64,000 bases of DNA from Spirochaetia bacterium (GTDB taxonomy: Bacteria; Spirochaetota; Spirochaetia; SP-2023). Under the pieces are notes generated by a model, which was given only the letters and a program-made list of their open reading frames with translations, searched no databases and was not told the origin of the DNA. Within the stretch, counting starts at the first letter, position 1; each line of letters begins with the position of its first letter. This document shows, piece by piece, positions 18,340-33,300 of this stretch. The stretch spans positions 1,056,001 to 1,120,000 of the forward strand of contig CBDDCK010000005.1 in assembly GCA_965225855.1 (NCBI GenBank). Direction: 5' to 3'. The translations under genes were made by a program, and so were the position numbers.

Positions 18340-21300
18340 ATCTACAACAGTAGAAATTAAATAGTGTCCTTAGACTCTTCTTCTCTGCTGTATATTTTTT
18401 TGTAAAATCTACAACAGTAGAAATTAAATAGTGTCCTTAGACCAAACCACCCAAACATTCAACCCTTCAATCTACAACAGTAGAAATTAAATAGTGTCCT
18501 TAGACTTACTCAACATCCTAGTCTGCTACAATCTACAACAGTAGAAATTAAATAGTGTCCTTAGACTCTTCTTCTCTGCTGTATATTTTTTTGTAAAATC
18601 TACAACAGTAGAAATTAAATAGTGTCCTTAGACCAAACCACCCAAACATTCAACCCTTCAATCTACAACAGTAGAAATTAAATAGTGTCCTTAGACTTAC
18701 TCAACATCCTAGTCTGCTACAATCTACAACAGTAGAAATTAAATAGTGTCCTTAGACTCTTCTTCTCTGCTGTATATTTTTTTGTAAAATCTACAACAGT
18801 AGAAATTAAATAGTGTCCTTAGACCAACGAAGCCCTAGCCGAAGCCAACGATCTACAACAGTAGAAATTAAATAGTGTCCTTAGACTATGATATGGACAG
18901 AAGAAGATGATGATATCTACAACAGTAGAAATTAAATAGTGTCCTTAGACGAATAACAACGGCGAGATCGCCGTAATCTACAACAGTAGAAATTAAATAG
19001 TGTCCTTAGACGAAAATAGCTAAGGGAATAGCTATAGAGATCTACAACAGTAGAAATTAAATAGTGTCCTTAGACAGCCCTATGGTGATTGCTACAGGCC
19101 TATCTACAACAGTAGAAATTAAATAGTGTCCTTAGACAGCCCTATGGTGATTGCTACAGGCCTATCTACAACAGTAGAAATTAAATAGTGTCCTTAGACA
19201 AAATAGCAAACGATGCCGTGGTCGCAATCTACAACAGTAGAAATTAAATAGTGTCCTTAGACACGTTAATTTGCCCGATTATTGTAAAAATCTACAACAG
19301 TAGAAATTAAATAGTGTCCTTAGACACCGTATAATGCAATTGCATGATTGATTATCTACAACAGTAGAAATTAAATAGTGTCCTTAGACACCGTATAATG
19401 CAATTGCATGATTGATTATCTACAACAGTAGAAATTAAATAGTGTCCTTAGACCATATTGCCACTCAAAAACAATTTTAACTATCTACAACAGTAGAAAT
19501 TAAATAGTGTCCTTAGACAGTCTATTGTTCGTCTGTCTTGGAGGGAATCTACAACAGTAGAAATTAAATAGTGTCCTTAGACCACTCCTCCAGCACACAC
19601 ACTCCTCCAGATCTACAACAGTAGAAATTAAATAGTGTCCTTAGACGGATTCATAGTCAGCCTCAAAATGGGATCTACAACAGTAGAAATTAAATAGTGT
19701 CCTTAGACAATGAAATCTTCCCATTGATCCCATAAATCTACAACAGTAGAAATTAAATAGTGTCCTTAGACGCCAACAGCAATAAAATAGCAATGTTCAT
19801 CTACAACAGTAGAAATTAAATAGTGTCCTTAGACCCTGTGTATCTTGGTGAAGATTATTCATCTACAACAGTAGAAATTAAATAGTGTCCTTAGACGCGT
19901 TTTATCCGTGTAGGAATCTACAATCTACAACAGTAGAAATTAAATAGTGTCCTTAGACAACTCATCCCAGCGACCCTGATAGCCATCTACAACAGTAGAA
20001 ATTAAATAGTGTCCTTAGACAATACTCATTATAAATAAGGTTATACGCTATCTACAACAGTAGAAATTAAATAGTGTCCTTAGACTGTATCTGTATAGAC
20101 AATCTAAGGTCAATCTACAACAGTAGAAATTAAATAGTGTCCTTAGACTCTATATTCATCCCAACGTCCTTGATAACATCTACAACAGTAGAAATTAAAT
20201 AGTGTCCTTAGACATGTCAATTACCATAATCCCTTTAGTATCTACAACAGTAGAAATTAAATAGTGTCCTTAGACCAAATGCAGTGCTCTTTTTTTTTTA
20301 ATCTACAACAGTAGAAATTAAATAGTGTCCTTAGACTCTGGATGAACACATACGAACTAGTTATCTACAACAGTAGAAATTAAATAGTGTCCTTAGACAC
20401 TGTTGCACAAGGCCTCCCAATTTTATCTACAACAGTAGAAATTAAATAGTGTCCTTAGACATGTCTAATGAAATAAAACAATACAATATCTACAACAGTA
20501 GAAATTAAATAGTGTCCTTAGACCGGTTGTATAGCTTTGCATTGGGCAGCCATCTACAACAGTAGAAATTAAATAGTGTCCTTAGACCCCTAAGCATAAG
20601 AGCACTATTCAATACTATCTACAACAGTAGAAATTAAATAGTGTCCTTAGACTTACGCCATTACATTGGGCCGCGCGCAAATCTACAACAGTAGAAATTA
20701 AATAGTGTCCTTAGACATTATCTTAATATATCCAAGGGGCTATAATCTACAACAGTAGAAATTAAATAGTGTCCTTAGACACAGCCCCATCTAGGAAATC
20801 CATTTAATCTACAACAGTAGAAATTAAATAGTGTCCTTAGACAACAGATTCAAAAATCCCTTTTTATCTATCTACAACAGTAGAAATTAAATAGTGTCCT
20901 TAGACATCGGGCACGCCGTTTATTACCAATTATCTACAACAGTAGAAATTAAATAGTGTCCTTAGACGGAAAATGAATAAGTTTGCTTGTACTTAATCTA
21001 CAACAGTAGAAATTAAATAGTGTCCTTAGACGGAAAATGAATAAGTTTGCTTGTACTTAATCTACAACAGTAGAAATTAAATAGTGTCCTTAGACATGGC
21101 AGGCGCAGAAGGAGACGCCCGTATCTACAACAGTAGAAATTAAATAGTGTCCTTAGACATTTTTATCCTATACCCGCAGCAGTAACAATCTACAACAGTA
21201 GAAATTAAATAGTGTCCTTAGACCTTCAATCTGTTCTTCCATATACCACCTATCTACAACAGTAGAAATTAAATAGTGTCCTTAGACTGTCGTGATATTT

Positions 21301-24300
21301 ACTACCAGATACCATCTACAACAGTAGAAATTAAATAGTGTCCTTAGACACAACATTTATTCTATAAATACAACCTAATCTACAACAGTAGAAATTAAAT
21401 AGTGTCCTTAGACAAATACAGCCGATAATATGAATATATAATCTACAACAGTAGAAATTAAATAGTGTCCTTAGACGAGATATCGTTGTTGCCACGAGAA
21501 CGATCTACAACAGTAGAAATTAAATAGTGTCCTTAGACAATTCGGTTACTGGAAACTTGGACACATCTACAACAGTAGAAATTAAATAGTGTCCTTAGAC
21601 CGTAAAACTGGAAACTTAGAAATTCAGGACATCTACAACAGTAGAAATTAAATAGTGTCCTTAGACAGAACAAGAATTAAACCTAGTGCGCAATCTACAA
21701 CAGTAGAAATTAAATAGTGTCCTTAGACCAATAGTGAACAATTCAAGCCACCTATTATCTACAACAGTAGAAATTAAATAGTGTCCTTAGACTTTACAAG
21801 TTTGCAAGCAGCACCACAAATCTACAACAGTAGAAATTAAATAGTGTCCTTAGACCCCACGATAGGGTAAAATAGCTACCAATCTACAACAGTAGAAATT
21901 AAATAGTGTCCTTAGACATTGATGTTGTAAGATAGAACTATTGCCATATCTACAACAGTAGAAATTAAATAGTGTCCTTAGACTTTAAAAGAAAACAATT
22001 GAATTGATCCTATCTACAACAGTAGAAATTAAATAGTGTCCTTAGACAATGTTTAGTTTGTCAATTTCGTTGTGATCTACAACAGTAGAAATTAAATAGT
22101 GTCCTTAGACCTTTTGATAAGGCCGAGGTGGCCCTATATCTACAACAGTAGAAATTAAATAGTGTCCTTAGACCATAAAATCGGGGGCTTAAAACCAATA
22201 ATCTACAACAGTAGAAATTAAATAGTGTCCTTAGACCTTCATATGCTGCGCAGTGCAAGGGTGATCTACAACAGTAGAAATTAAATAGTGTCCTTAGACC
22301 TTCATATGCTGCGCAGTGCAAGGGTGATCTACAACAGTAGAAATTAAATAGTGTCCTTAGACCTTCATATGCTGCGCAGTGCAAGGGTGATCTACAACAG
22401 TAGAAATTAAATAGTGTCCTTAGACCTGCTAATAGCAGCTGGGGCCGATCCATCTACAACAGTAGAAATTAAATAGTGTCCTTAGACCTGCTAATAGCAG
22501 CTGGGGCCGATCCATCTACAACAGTAGAAATTAAATAGTGTCCTTAGACCCCTTGCACTGGGCAGCCGATGAAGAATCTACAACAGTAGAAATTAAATAG
22601 TGTCCTTAGACCTTAGCCTCATATGGAGGCCATAAAATCTACAACAGTAGAAATTAAATAGTGTCCTTAGACATAAAATCGGGGACTTAAAACCAATAAT
22701 CTACAACAGTAGAAATTAAATAGTGTCCTTAGACACATCCTTGCTAAAGCTACTGACCATAAATCTACAACAGTAGAAATTAAATAGTGTCCTTAGACCA
22801 TGAATGGTATGTTTTATAATTGTTAATCTACAACAGTAGAAATTAAATAGTGTCCTTAGACTTTTGTTGCTGTTAATCCTGACTCCTATCTACAACAGTA
22901 GAAATTAAATAGTGTCCTTAGACCTTGGCCTTTACATCGGCCAATTACATCTACAACAGTAGAAATTAAATAGTGTCCTTAGACAAAATATACAGGTTTA
23001 TATCGTATCCATCTACAACAGTAGAAATTAAATAGTGTCCTTAGACCTTGGCCTTTACATCGGCCAATTACATCTACAACAGTAGAAATTAAATAGTGTC
23101 CTTAGACGACGCAATATCCTGCATCTAGCAGCGAATCTACAACAGTAGAAATTAAATAGTGTCCTTAGACAGGGCTAAAGGTGTGGCCGAAGCTAAATCT
23201 ACAACAGTAGAAATTAAATAGTGTCCTTAGACCAACGCCAATCCCTAGCAATCCACCCACATCTACAACAGTAGAAATTAAATAGTGTCCTTAGACTACA
23301 AAGGAATAGAATACGCTTCGTATCTACAACAGTAGAAATTAAATAGTGTCCTTAGACGCCATAACTAAAAGAAAAAAAGTACAAATCTACAACAGTAGAA
23401 ATTAAATAGTGTCCTTAGACCAAATCATTTTTAACTTTAACCTCCATATCTACAACAGTAGAAATTAAATAGTGTCCTTAGACGTACGGTCAATAAACAA
23501 ACCCCTAATTGATCTACAACAGTAGAAATTAAATAGTGTCCTTAGACCAGCAAACCAGCACCGAGCGTAATAAAAATCTACAACAGTAGAAATTAAATAG
23601 TGTCCTTAGACTCCACAACAGTTTTTTCTTCCACTTCGGATCTACAACAGTAGAAATTAAATAGTGTCCTTAGACTTATGAAAAATATAAAGGAAAGCTT
23701 GAAAATCTACAACAGTAGAAATTAAATAGTGTCCTTAGACCCTATAAGGGTATGCTACCGTGTAATAAATCTACAACAGTAGAAATTAAATAGTGTCCTT
23801 AGACCTTGCTAAGGCAGTCTGCAACCCCCGTATCTACAACAGTAGAAATTAAATAGTGTCCTTAGACCAAATATGGTAACATAAATAATATCTGATCTAC
23901 AACAGTAGAAATTAAATAGTGTCCTTAGACTTAGCAGAAGATCAAGAATTGCGTGAAATCTACAACAGTAGAAATTAAATAGTGTCCTTAGACTTCTGTT
24001 CAGCGTAGGGTTACTGATCTATCTACAACAGTAGAAATTAAATAGTGTCCTTAGACCTTGTTTATAACTCATTCCTATTTCGTTATCTACAACAGTAGAA
24101 ATTAAATAGTGTCCTTAGACCGTTGGTGGCTAAGTCTAGCCGTTTTAATCTACAACAGTAGAAATTAAATAGTGTCCTTAGACCACTGTTGCAAAGTGCC
24201 TCCCAATTTTATCTACAACAGTAGAAATTAAATAGTGTCCTTAGACAGTTTATCGTAAGGTTTTCTTATTTTATATCTACAACAGTAGAAATTAAATAGT

Positions 24301-27300
24301 GTCCTTAGACAGCAGCAGGATCGCGGATTATTTAAATCATCTACAACAGTAGAAATTAAATAGTGTCCTTAGACTTATCTATAGCCTTATCCAAAGATAC
24401 AATCTACAACAGTAGAAATTAAATAGTGTCCTTAGACAGGCAAACCATATCTTTTACCTATATCATCTACAACAGTAGAAATTAAATAGTGTCCTTAGAC
24501 AGCACCAATTAACGCTCCAATACCTGCATCTACAACAGTAGAAATTAAATAGTGTCCTTAGACAAAACAAAATGATGATTTTAACTTTGAATCTACAACA
24601 GTAGAAATTAAATAGTGTCCTTAGACTTTGCATCCTTCAAAATCAAGGTCTCATCTACAACAGTAGAAATTAAATAGTGTCCTTAGACGTTGGATCGCCT
24701 AAATATTGGGCTGCATCTACAACAGTAGAAATTAAATAGTGTCCTTAGACTTTGCATCCTTCAAAATCAAGGTCTCATCTACAACAGTAGAAATTAAATA
24801 GTGTCCTTAGACGTTGGATCGCCTAAATATTGGGCTGCATCTACAACAGTAGAAATTAAATAGTGTCCTTAGACGATGCAATAACAGAAGCCAAAGCATT
24901 ATCTACAACAGTAGAAATTAAATAGTGTCCTTAGACGTGGCAGATTTTATGAAGTTCTTACAATCTACAACAGTAGAAATTAAATAGTGTCCTTAGACCT
25001 ACTATGATACACCAACAACCGAAACAATCTACAACAGTAGAAATTAAATAGTGTCCTTAGACCCCAATTCACCAGCAAAACACAAACATCTACAACAGTA
25101 GAAATTAAATAGTGTCCTTAGACGCCCATGATCTTTTATTGATTAAGAATAATCTACAACAGTAGAAATTAAATAGTGTCCTTAGACTATAAGCATAAGC
25201 AGCAGACGCTGCCAATCTACAACAGTAGAAATTAAATAGTGTCCTTAGACTTCTGGGGAACCAGTAATCCAATTTGTATCTACAACAGTAGAAATTAAAT
25301 AGTGTCCTTAGACGCACCTTAGTAAAACCACGTTTGTTGTTATCTACAACAGTAGAAATTAAATAGTGTCCTTAGACTAAAAAAGACTGTACACCTTTGC
25401 ACTATCTACAACAGTAGAAATTAAATAGTGTCCTTAGACTTTATTCCTCCTTCTTGTTTCGCATCAATCTACAACAGTAGAAATTAAATAGTGTCCTTAG
25501 ACTTGCACGCAACAAAAACAGGGCAAAGCTATCTACAACAGTAGAAATTAAATAGTGTCCTTAGACATTTACAGCGATAAAGTAAAGTTACATGATCTAC
25601 AACAGTAGAAATTAAATAGTGTCCTTAGACAACAAAGTGAAACAAGCCATAAAAAAGTATCTACAACAGTAGAAATTAAATAGTGTCCTTAGACATGGAT
25701 GATATTATTCTTCTTTCTATATCTACAACAGTAGAAATTAAATAGTGTCCTTAGACATGGATGATATTATTCTTCTTTCTATATCTACAACAGTAGAAAT
25801 TAAATAGTGTCCTTAGACGTGCTTATATCAACGGCGCAGATTATATCTACAACAGTAGAAATTAAATAGTGTCCTTAGACTCGAAAGCGCACGAAAAAGC
25901 CAAGAAATCTACAACAGTAGAAATTAAATAGTGTCCTTAGACACGCTCTACAGGTTATCAATGCTTTTGAATCTACAACAGTAGAAATTAAATAGTGTCC
26001 TTAGACTACCTCACTATAAAACCACGGAATACATCTACAACAGTAGAAATTAAATAGTGTCCTTAGACATTTACAGCGATAAAGTAAAGTTACATGATCT
26101 ACAACAGTAGAAATTAAATAGTGTCCTTAGACACGCTCTACAGGTTATCAATGCTTTTGAATCTACAACAGTAGAAATTAAATAGTGTCCTTAGACCTGC
26201 AAAATCCCATAATTTAGATCATAATCTACAACAGTAGAAATTAAATAGTGTCCTTAGACAGTCGAGAAATCCGGTTTCAGACTGATCTACAACAGTAGAA
26301 ATTAAATAGTGTCCTTAGACTTAATCTAAATAACCAAAAGAAACCGAATCTACAACAGTAGAAATTAAATAGTGTCCTTAGACGTACCTATTAGTACAAA
26401 TACTTATATAATCTACAACAGTAGAAATTAAATAGTGTCCTTAGACTTTTGTTATTTTTTATTTAAGTTTTAAATCTACAACAGTAGAAATTAAATAGTG
26501 TCCTTAGACCTTTGCTATTTCTTCGCCTTGAGGTTGAATCTACAACAGTAGAAATTAAATAGTGTCCTTAGACTTTAACTGTAGAAGAAATAATAGAAGA
26601 AATCTACAACAGTAGAAATTAAATAGTGTCCTTAGACGAACAAATTAAAAAAGTTTTTAAGGAATCTACAACAGTAGAAATTAAATAGTGTCCTTAGACT
26701 TCCCACTTAGTAAAAAAACAAGTAAATCTACAACAGTAGAAATTAAATAGTGTCCTTAGACCGTCTGATCCTTTAATTGATGCATTTTATCTACAACAGT
26801 AGAAATTAAATAGTGTCCTTAGACTTTTCTTTATCAAGATTAAATAAATCGATCTACAACAGTAGAAATTAAATAGTGTCCTTAGACAAGCTAAGCACGC
26901 ACAGCTCAATAAACATCTACAACAGTAGAAATTAAATAGTGTCCTTAGACTTTACCATATAAACCTAGCGATGTCATAATCTACAACAGTAGAAATTAAA
27001 TAGTGTCCTTAGACAAACATTGTTCCAAGGCCAAAGCCAAATCTACAACAGTAGAAATTAAATAGTGTCCTTAGACAAACTTGGTATTGATTCCGGTCTT
27101 TTATCTACAACAGTAGAAATTAAATAGTGTCCTTAGACGATTTGCGGATTGGCGAAAAAGGCTTTATCTACAACAGTAGAAATTAAATAGTGTCCTTAGA
27201 CTTTGTGGGTCTGGTGTAGAAATTAATTATCTACAACAGTAGAAATTAAATAGTGTCCTTAGACGTCGAGGCAGCTGGGTACCTTATCGAATCTACAACA

Positions 27301-30300
27301 GTAGAAATTAAATAGTGTCCTTAGACCACTTAAATATAAAGTGGCCCGCAGAATCTACAACAGTAGAAATTAAATAGTGTCCTTAGACGCCAAAAACCTA
27401 CCTTACATAGCAAAAATCTACAACAGTAGAAATTAAATAGTGTCCTTAGACCGCAATAGCCGTATTTTTTTATGATGCATCTACAACAGTAGAAATTAAA
27501 TAGTGTCCTTAGACATGGGTTTGTTCGTTGTGGGGTTTTTCATCTACAACAGTAGAAATTAAATAGTGTCCTTAGACAAATCTCTTGGTGTTAGTCATTC
27601 CAAATCTACAACAGTAGAAATTAAATAGTGTCCTTAGACAAACAACAGATTTAACACCACAAGAAATCTACAACAGTAGAAATTAAATAGTGTCCTTAGA
27701 CAAAAGCAGCAGAAATCTCTGTAGAAAATCTACAACAGTAGAAATTAAATAGTGTCCTTAGACTTGTGCGCCTGTTTCGCTGGGATTTGATCTACAACAG
27801 TAGAAATTAAATAGTGTCCTTAGACCCAAAACAGCAGCGTGGAGCGTTGCTGATCTACAACAGTAGAAATTAAATAGTGTCCTTAGACCAAGTTAAGAAA
27901 TTATTGATGCAAGGAATCTACAACAGTAGAAATTAAATAGTGTCCTTAGACTTAATCAGTCTAGTTGAAAAATCTATATCTACAACAGTAGAAATTAAAT
28001 AGTGTCCTTAGACTTAATCAGTCTAGTTGAAAAATCTATATCTACAACAGTAGAAATTAAATAGTGTCCTTAGACCGCTAATTGCCCTGTAAGCTGGGCG
28101 TTGATCTACAACAGTAGAAATTAAATAGTGTCCTTAGACAGTTTATGTTAAATCTGCCGATAATTATCTACAACAGTAGAAATTAAATAGTGTCCTTAGA
28201 CCCGTTTATTAATTCTTTATCAGAAGATATCTACAACAGTAGAAATTAAATAGTGTCCTTAGACCCGTTTATTAATTCTTTATCAGAAGATATCTACAAC
28301 AGTAGAAATTAAATAGTGTCCTTAGACAGTTTATGTTAAATCTGCCGATAATTATCTACAACAGTAGAAATTAAATAGTGTCCTTAGACAAAACAGGGAA
28401 AAGCTGAAACCCCTAATCTACAACAGTAGAAATTAAATAGTGTCCTTAGACATTGACGCCTTTAGTTTCAAAATCCTATCTACAACAGTAGAAATTAAAT
28501 AGTGTCCTTAGACAAACTATGAAAGAAATCCACTTTTAATCTACAACAGTAGAAATTAAATAGTGTCCTTAGACAGTGGTTTAAAGTTTGCATTTGAACG
28601 ATCTACAACAGTAGAAATTAAATAGTGTCCTTAGACCGAAACAAGACTGAAACAAAAACTGAAAATCTACAACAGTAGAAATTAAATAGTGTCCTTAGAC
28701 CGCAGCAACCAATAGATTGGTCGCACAATCTACAACAGTAGAAATTAAATAGTGTCCTTAGACCACTTGGCAAAAACACCAAGAGCATTAATCTACAACA
28801 GTAGAAATTAAATAGTGTCCTTAGACCTTGATGGCAATAATGCTGAGCGACAGCATCTACAACAGTAGAAATTAAATAGTGTCCTTAGACCTTGATGGCA
28901 ATAATGCTGAGCGACAGCATCTACAACAGTAGAAATTAAATAGTGTCCTTAGACCAACCTTGTGGTCAAGATCGATCATGTATCTACAACAGTAGAAATT
29001 AAATAGTGTCCTTAGACGCGTAAAATTTCATCTGATCAGACTTAATCTACAACAGTAGAAATTAAATAGTGTCCTTAGACTTATTTTCGTTTAGCAAAAA
29101 AAAGGAATCTACAACAGTAGAAATTAAATAGTGTCCTTAGACCTTTGCCTGAAGCCCAAGAACATTTTATCTACAACAGTAGAAATTAAATAGTGTCCTT
29201 AGACTTCGTATTTTACGGCAATCATAGTAAGATCTACAACAGTAGAAATTAAATAGTGTCCTTAGACTTCTAAGATCATTAGGTTTGAGCACAAATCTAC
29301 AACAGTAGAAATTAAATAGTGTCCTTAGACAAAAAAAAGGGAAGCACCGCCTCCCAATCTACAACAGTAGAAATTAAATAGTGTCCTTAGACTGCTGGGT
29401 CTCGCTATACAGAGTTCCTATCTACAACAGTAGAAATTAAATAGTGTCCTTAGACTATAAAGGATATAAAGAATAGATATAAATCTACAACAGTAGAAAT
29501 TAAATAGTGTCCTTAGACTATAAAGGATATAAAGAATAGATATAAATCTACAACAGTAGAAATTAAATAGTGTCCTTAGACTATAAAGGATATAAAGAAT
29601 AGATATAAATCTACAACAGTAGAAATTAAATAGTGTCCTTAGACAGAGCTTTTGTCAATTGAATTATCAAATCTACAACAGTAGAAATTAAATAGTGTCC
29701 TTAGACATTTTCAAGCCCGATATGGCTTAGAATCTACAACAGTAGAAATTAAATAGTGTCCTTAGACATAGTTGGTACCACAAATAAAGCAATATCTACA
29801 ACAGTAGAAATTAAATAGTGTCCTTAGACCGAGACGCCCTTGCACAGGGCAGAGCGCAACGGCATCTACAACAGTAGAAATTAAATAGTGTCCTTAGACT
29901 TACAAAGGGAAAATACAAAAAACAGAAATCTACAACAGTAGAAATTAAATAGTGTCCTTAGACAGAGAAAGATGGGAGTCTGACAAACTAAATCTACAAC
30001 AGTAGAAATTAAATAGTGTCCTTAGACTCCAGCTGCTAGAGGCAGCTGGGGCTTAATCTACAACAGTAGAAATTAAATAGTGTCCTTAGACCACTGTGCT
30101 GCCCATAAAGGTTATACTATCTACAACAGTAGAAATTAAATAGTGTCCTTAGACTTCCTTGTTTACTCGTTATACAGATTATATCTACAACAGTAGAAAT
30201 TAAATAGTGTCCTTAGACCTACAATGCAAGCATTGTAATCGGTATGATCTACAACAGTAGAAATTAAATAGTGTCCTTAGACCTACAATGCAAGCATTGT

Positions 30301-33300
30301 AATCGGTATGATCTACAACAGTAGAAATTAAATAGTGTCCTTAGACTGCAAAACCACAAAAGCCATTGTTGACATCTACAACAGTAGAAATTAAATAGTG
30401 TCCTTAGACGCTCTACTGTTAAATTAAACGAAATAGATCTACAACAGTAGAAATTAAATAGTGTCCTTAGACAGATCAGAAGTCAAAGAAACAGGATCAA
30501 TCTACAACAGTAGAAATTAAATAGTGTCCTTAGACACGGTTTAGAACCAGTTACGGAAATATCTACAACAGTAGAAATTAAATAGTGTCCTTAGACAAAA
30601 ATCGAGCCGACATCACCGAACAAATCTACAACAGTAGAAATTAAATAGTGTCCTTAGACTCCAAGACTGATTGAACCCACTGAATATCTACAACAGTAGA
30701 AATTAAATAGTGTCCTTAGACAGGAGTCTATTATGGACAAACTATTCATCTACAACAGTAGAAATTAAATAGTGTCCTTAGACAAACCGCCATGGTCCAG
30801 CTGCTCTTGATCTACAACAGTAGAAATTAAATAGTGTCCTTAGACAGAAAGATCAACGGAAAAATTCTCAGATCTACAACAGTAGAAATTAAATAGTGTC
30901 CTTAGACCCAATAATGCTAGATGACAGGTTCTTGCTATCTACAACAGTAGAAATTAAATAGTGTCCTTAGACCCAATAATGCTAGATGACAGGTTCTTGC
31001 TATCTACAACAGTAGAAATTAAATAGTGTCCTTAGACTCAATATCTAAATAATGCCGCAAAAGCGATCTACAACAGTAGAAATTAAATAGTGTCCTTAGA
31101 CCAGTAAAATTGCCAAGACGACCGCCAGATCTACAACAGTAGAAATTAAATAGTGTCCTTAGACTTTTTTGGTATTCCAATACCTGAAACTATCTACAAC
31201 AGTAGAAATTAAATAGTGTCCTTAGACACGAATTGGCAGCGGCAAGCAGATCGTCATCTACAACAGTAGAAATTAAATAGTGTCCTTAGACTTTGGTTTT
31301 ACCCCGTGGCTGGTCTTATATCTACAACAGTAGAAATTAAATAGTGTCCTTAGACTTCTCTGTGATTCTAACTGTTATTTATCTACAACAGTAGAAATTA
31401 AATAGTGTCCTTAGACTTAAAGATATAGAAGTTTTAGATCGACTAATCTACAACAGTAGAAATTAAATAGTGTCCTTAGACCACAATCAAACGCTTAAAC
31501 AAAATAATCTACAACAGTAGAAATTAAATAGTGTCCTTAGACCTCAGTACCTCTCATAAGACCAGTAACAATCTACAACAGTAGAAATTAAATAGTGTCC
31601 TTAGACACGATTGCCTTTGGTATCGGCACATCTTATCTACAACAGTAGAAATTAAATAGTGTCCTTAGACCACAATCAAACGCTTAAACAAAATAATCTA
31701 CAACAGTAGAAATTAAATAGTGTCCTTAGACATTAGGGTAGTTGAGTAGGTAGAAAAGATCTACAACAGTAGAAATTAAATAGTGTCCTTAGACATTAGG
31801 GTAGTTGAGTAGGTAGAAAAGATCTACAACAGTAGAAATTAAATAGTGTCCTTAGACATCTTTCGCAAAATCCAAGTAATCCAATCTACAACAGTAGAAA
31901 TTAAATAGTGTCCTTAGACATTGGGCTGCCTATAAAGGGCATACGATCTACAACAGTAGAAATTAAATAGTGTCCTTAGACCAAGAAAATCTTTCTTCAG
32001 TCGGAGTAATCTACAACAGTAGAAATTAAATAGTGTCCTTAGACCTATTACTTCCCCATACACTCAACCTCATCTACAACAGTAGAAATTAAATAGTGTC
32101 CTTAGACGCCATAAGTAACAGAAAGACCAGACCTAATCTACAACAGTAGAAATTAAATAGTGTCCTTAGACTTTTTGGTATTCCAAATACCTGAAACTAT
32201 CTACAACAGTAGAAATTAAATAGTGTCCTTAGACAACCAGATACAAATTAATCTAAACAAAATCTACAACAGTAGAAATTAAATAGTGTCCTTAGACAAA
32301 AAATCTAAATATGGGAATTTTAAAAATCTACAACAGTAGAAATTAAATAGTGTCCTTAGACCTGCAAACATTAGCCATTTTTGACCAAAATCTACAACAG
32401 TAGAAATTAAATAGTGTCCTTAGACTATCCTTTTTTCAATATCTTTTATACATCTACAACAGTAGAAATTAAATAGTGTCCTTAGACAGCCAGCGCAAAA
32501 TGCAAATTTTTATATCTACAACAGTAGAAATTAAATAGTGTCCTTAGACGAGTACATTACCTCGGAAAAGCACAGCGATCTACAACAGTAGAAATTAAAT
32601 AGTGTCCTTAGACTTTCTATATTTTTGCCTTAGCATTAATCTACAACAGTAGAAATTAAATAGTGTCCTTAGACGAGTACATTACCTCGGAAAAGCACAG
32701 CGATCTACAACAGTAGAAATTAAATAGTGTCCTTAGACTTAAATAAGTGAGCAATTTTTCATCCGAATCTACAACAGTAGAAATTAAATAGTGTCCTTAG
32801 ACTTTGTAGATGAAGCGCACCGAGGTAAATCTACAACAGTAGAAATTAAATAGTGTCCTTAGACTGCAAAAATATCTAAAAAAAGAACTCATATCTACAA
32901 CAGTAGAAATTAAATAGTGTCCTTAGACTGCTTCTGCTTCTGTCGTTGTATTTTTATCTACAACAGTAGAAATTAAATAGTGTCCTTAGACTAACACGAC
33001 TACCTTTAAAAGTAATAATCTACAACAGTAGAAATTAAATAGTGTCCTTAGACGATAAAGATTAGATATTTATCCCATATATCTACAACAGTAGAAATTA
33101 AATAGTGTCCTTAGACTGCAAAAATATCTAAAAAAAGAACTCATATCTACAACAGTAGAAATTAAATAGTGTCCTTAGACATAATTCTTTTATTTTCCAC
33201 CCCTAAATCTACAACAGTAGAAATTAAATAGTGTCCTTAGACTTGTAACGGGTAAAGTTTTAAAGCACAAATCTACAACAGTAGAAATTAAATAGTGTCC

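Noticed and set aside
31165..32198. Spacer pair differing by one A (ccaatac vs ccaaatac) as phage escape
   Set aside because: A homopolymer indel could be a sequencing error
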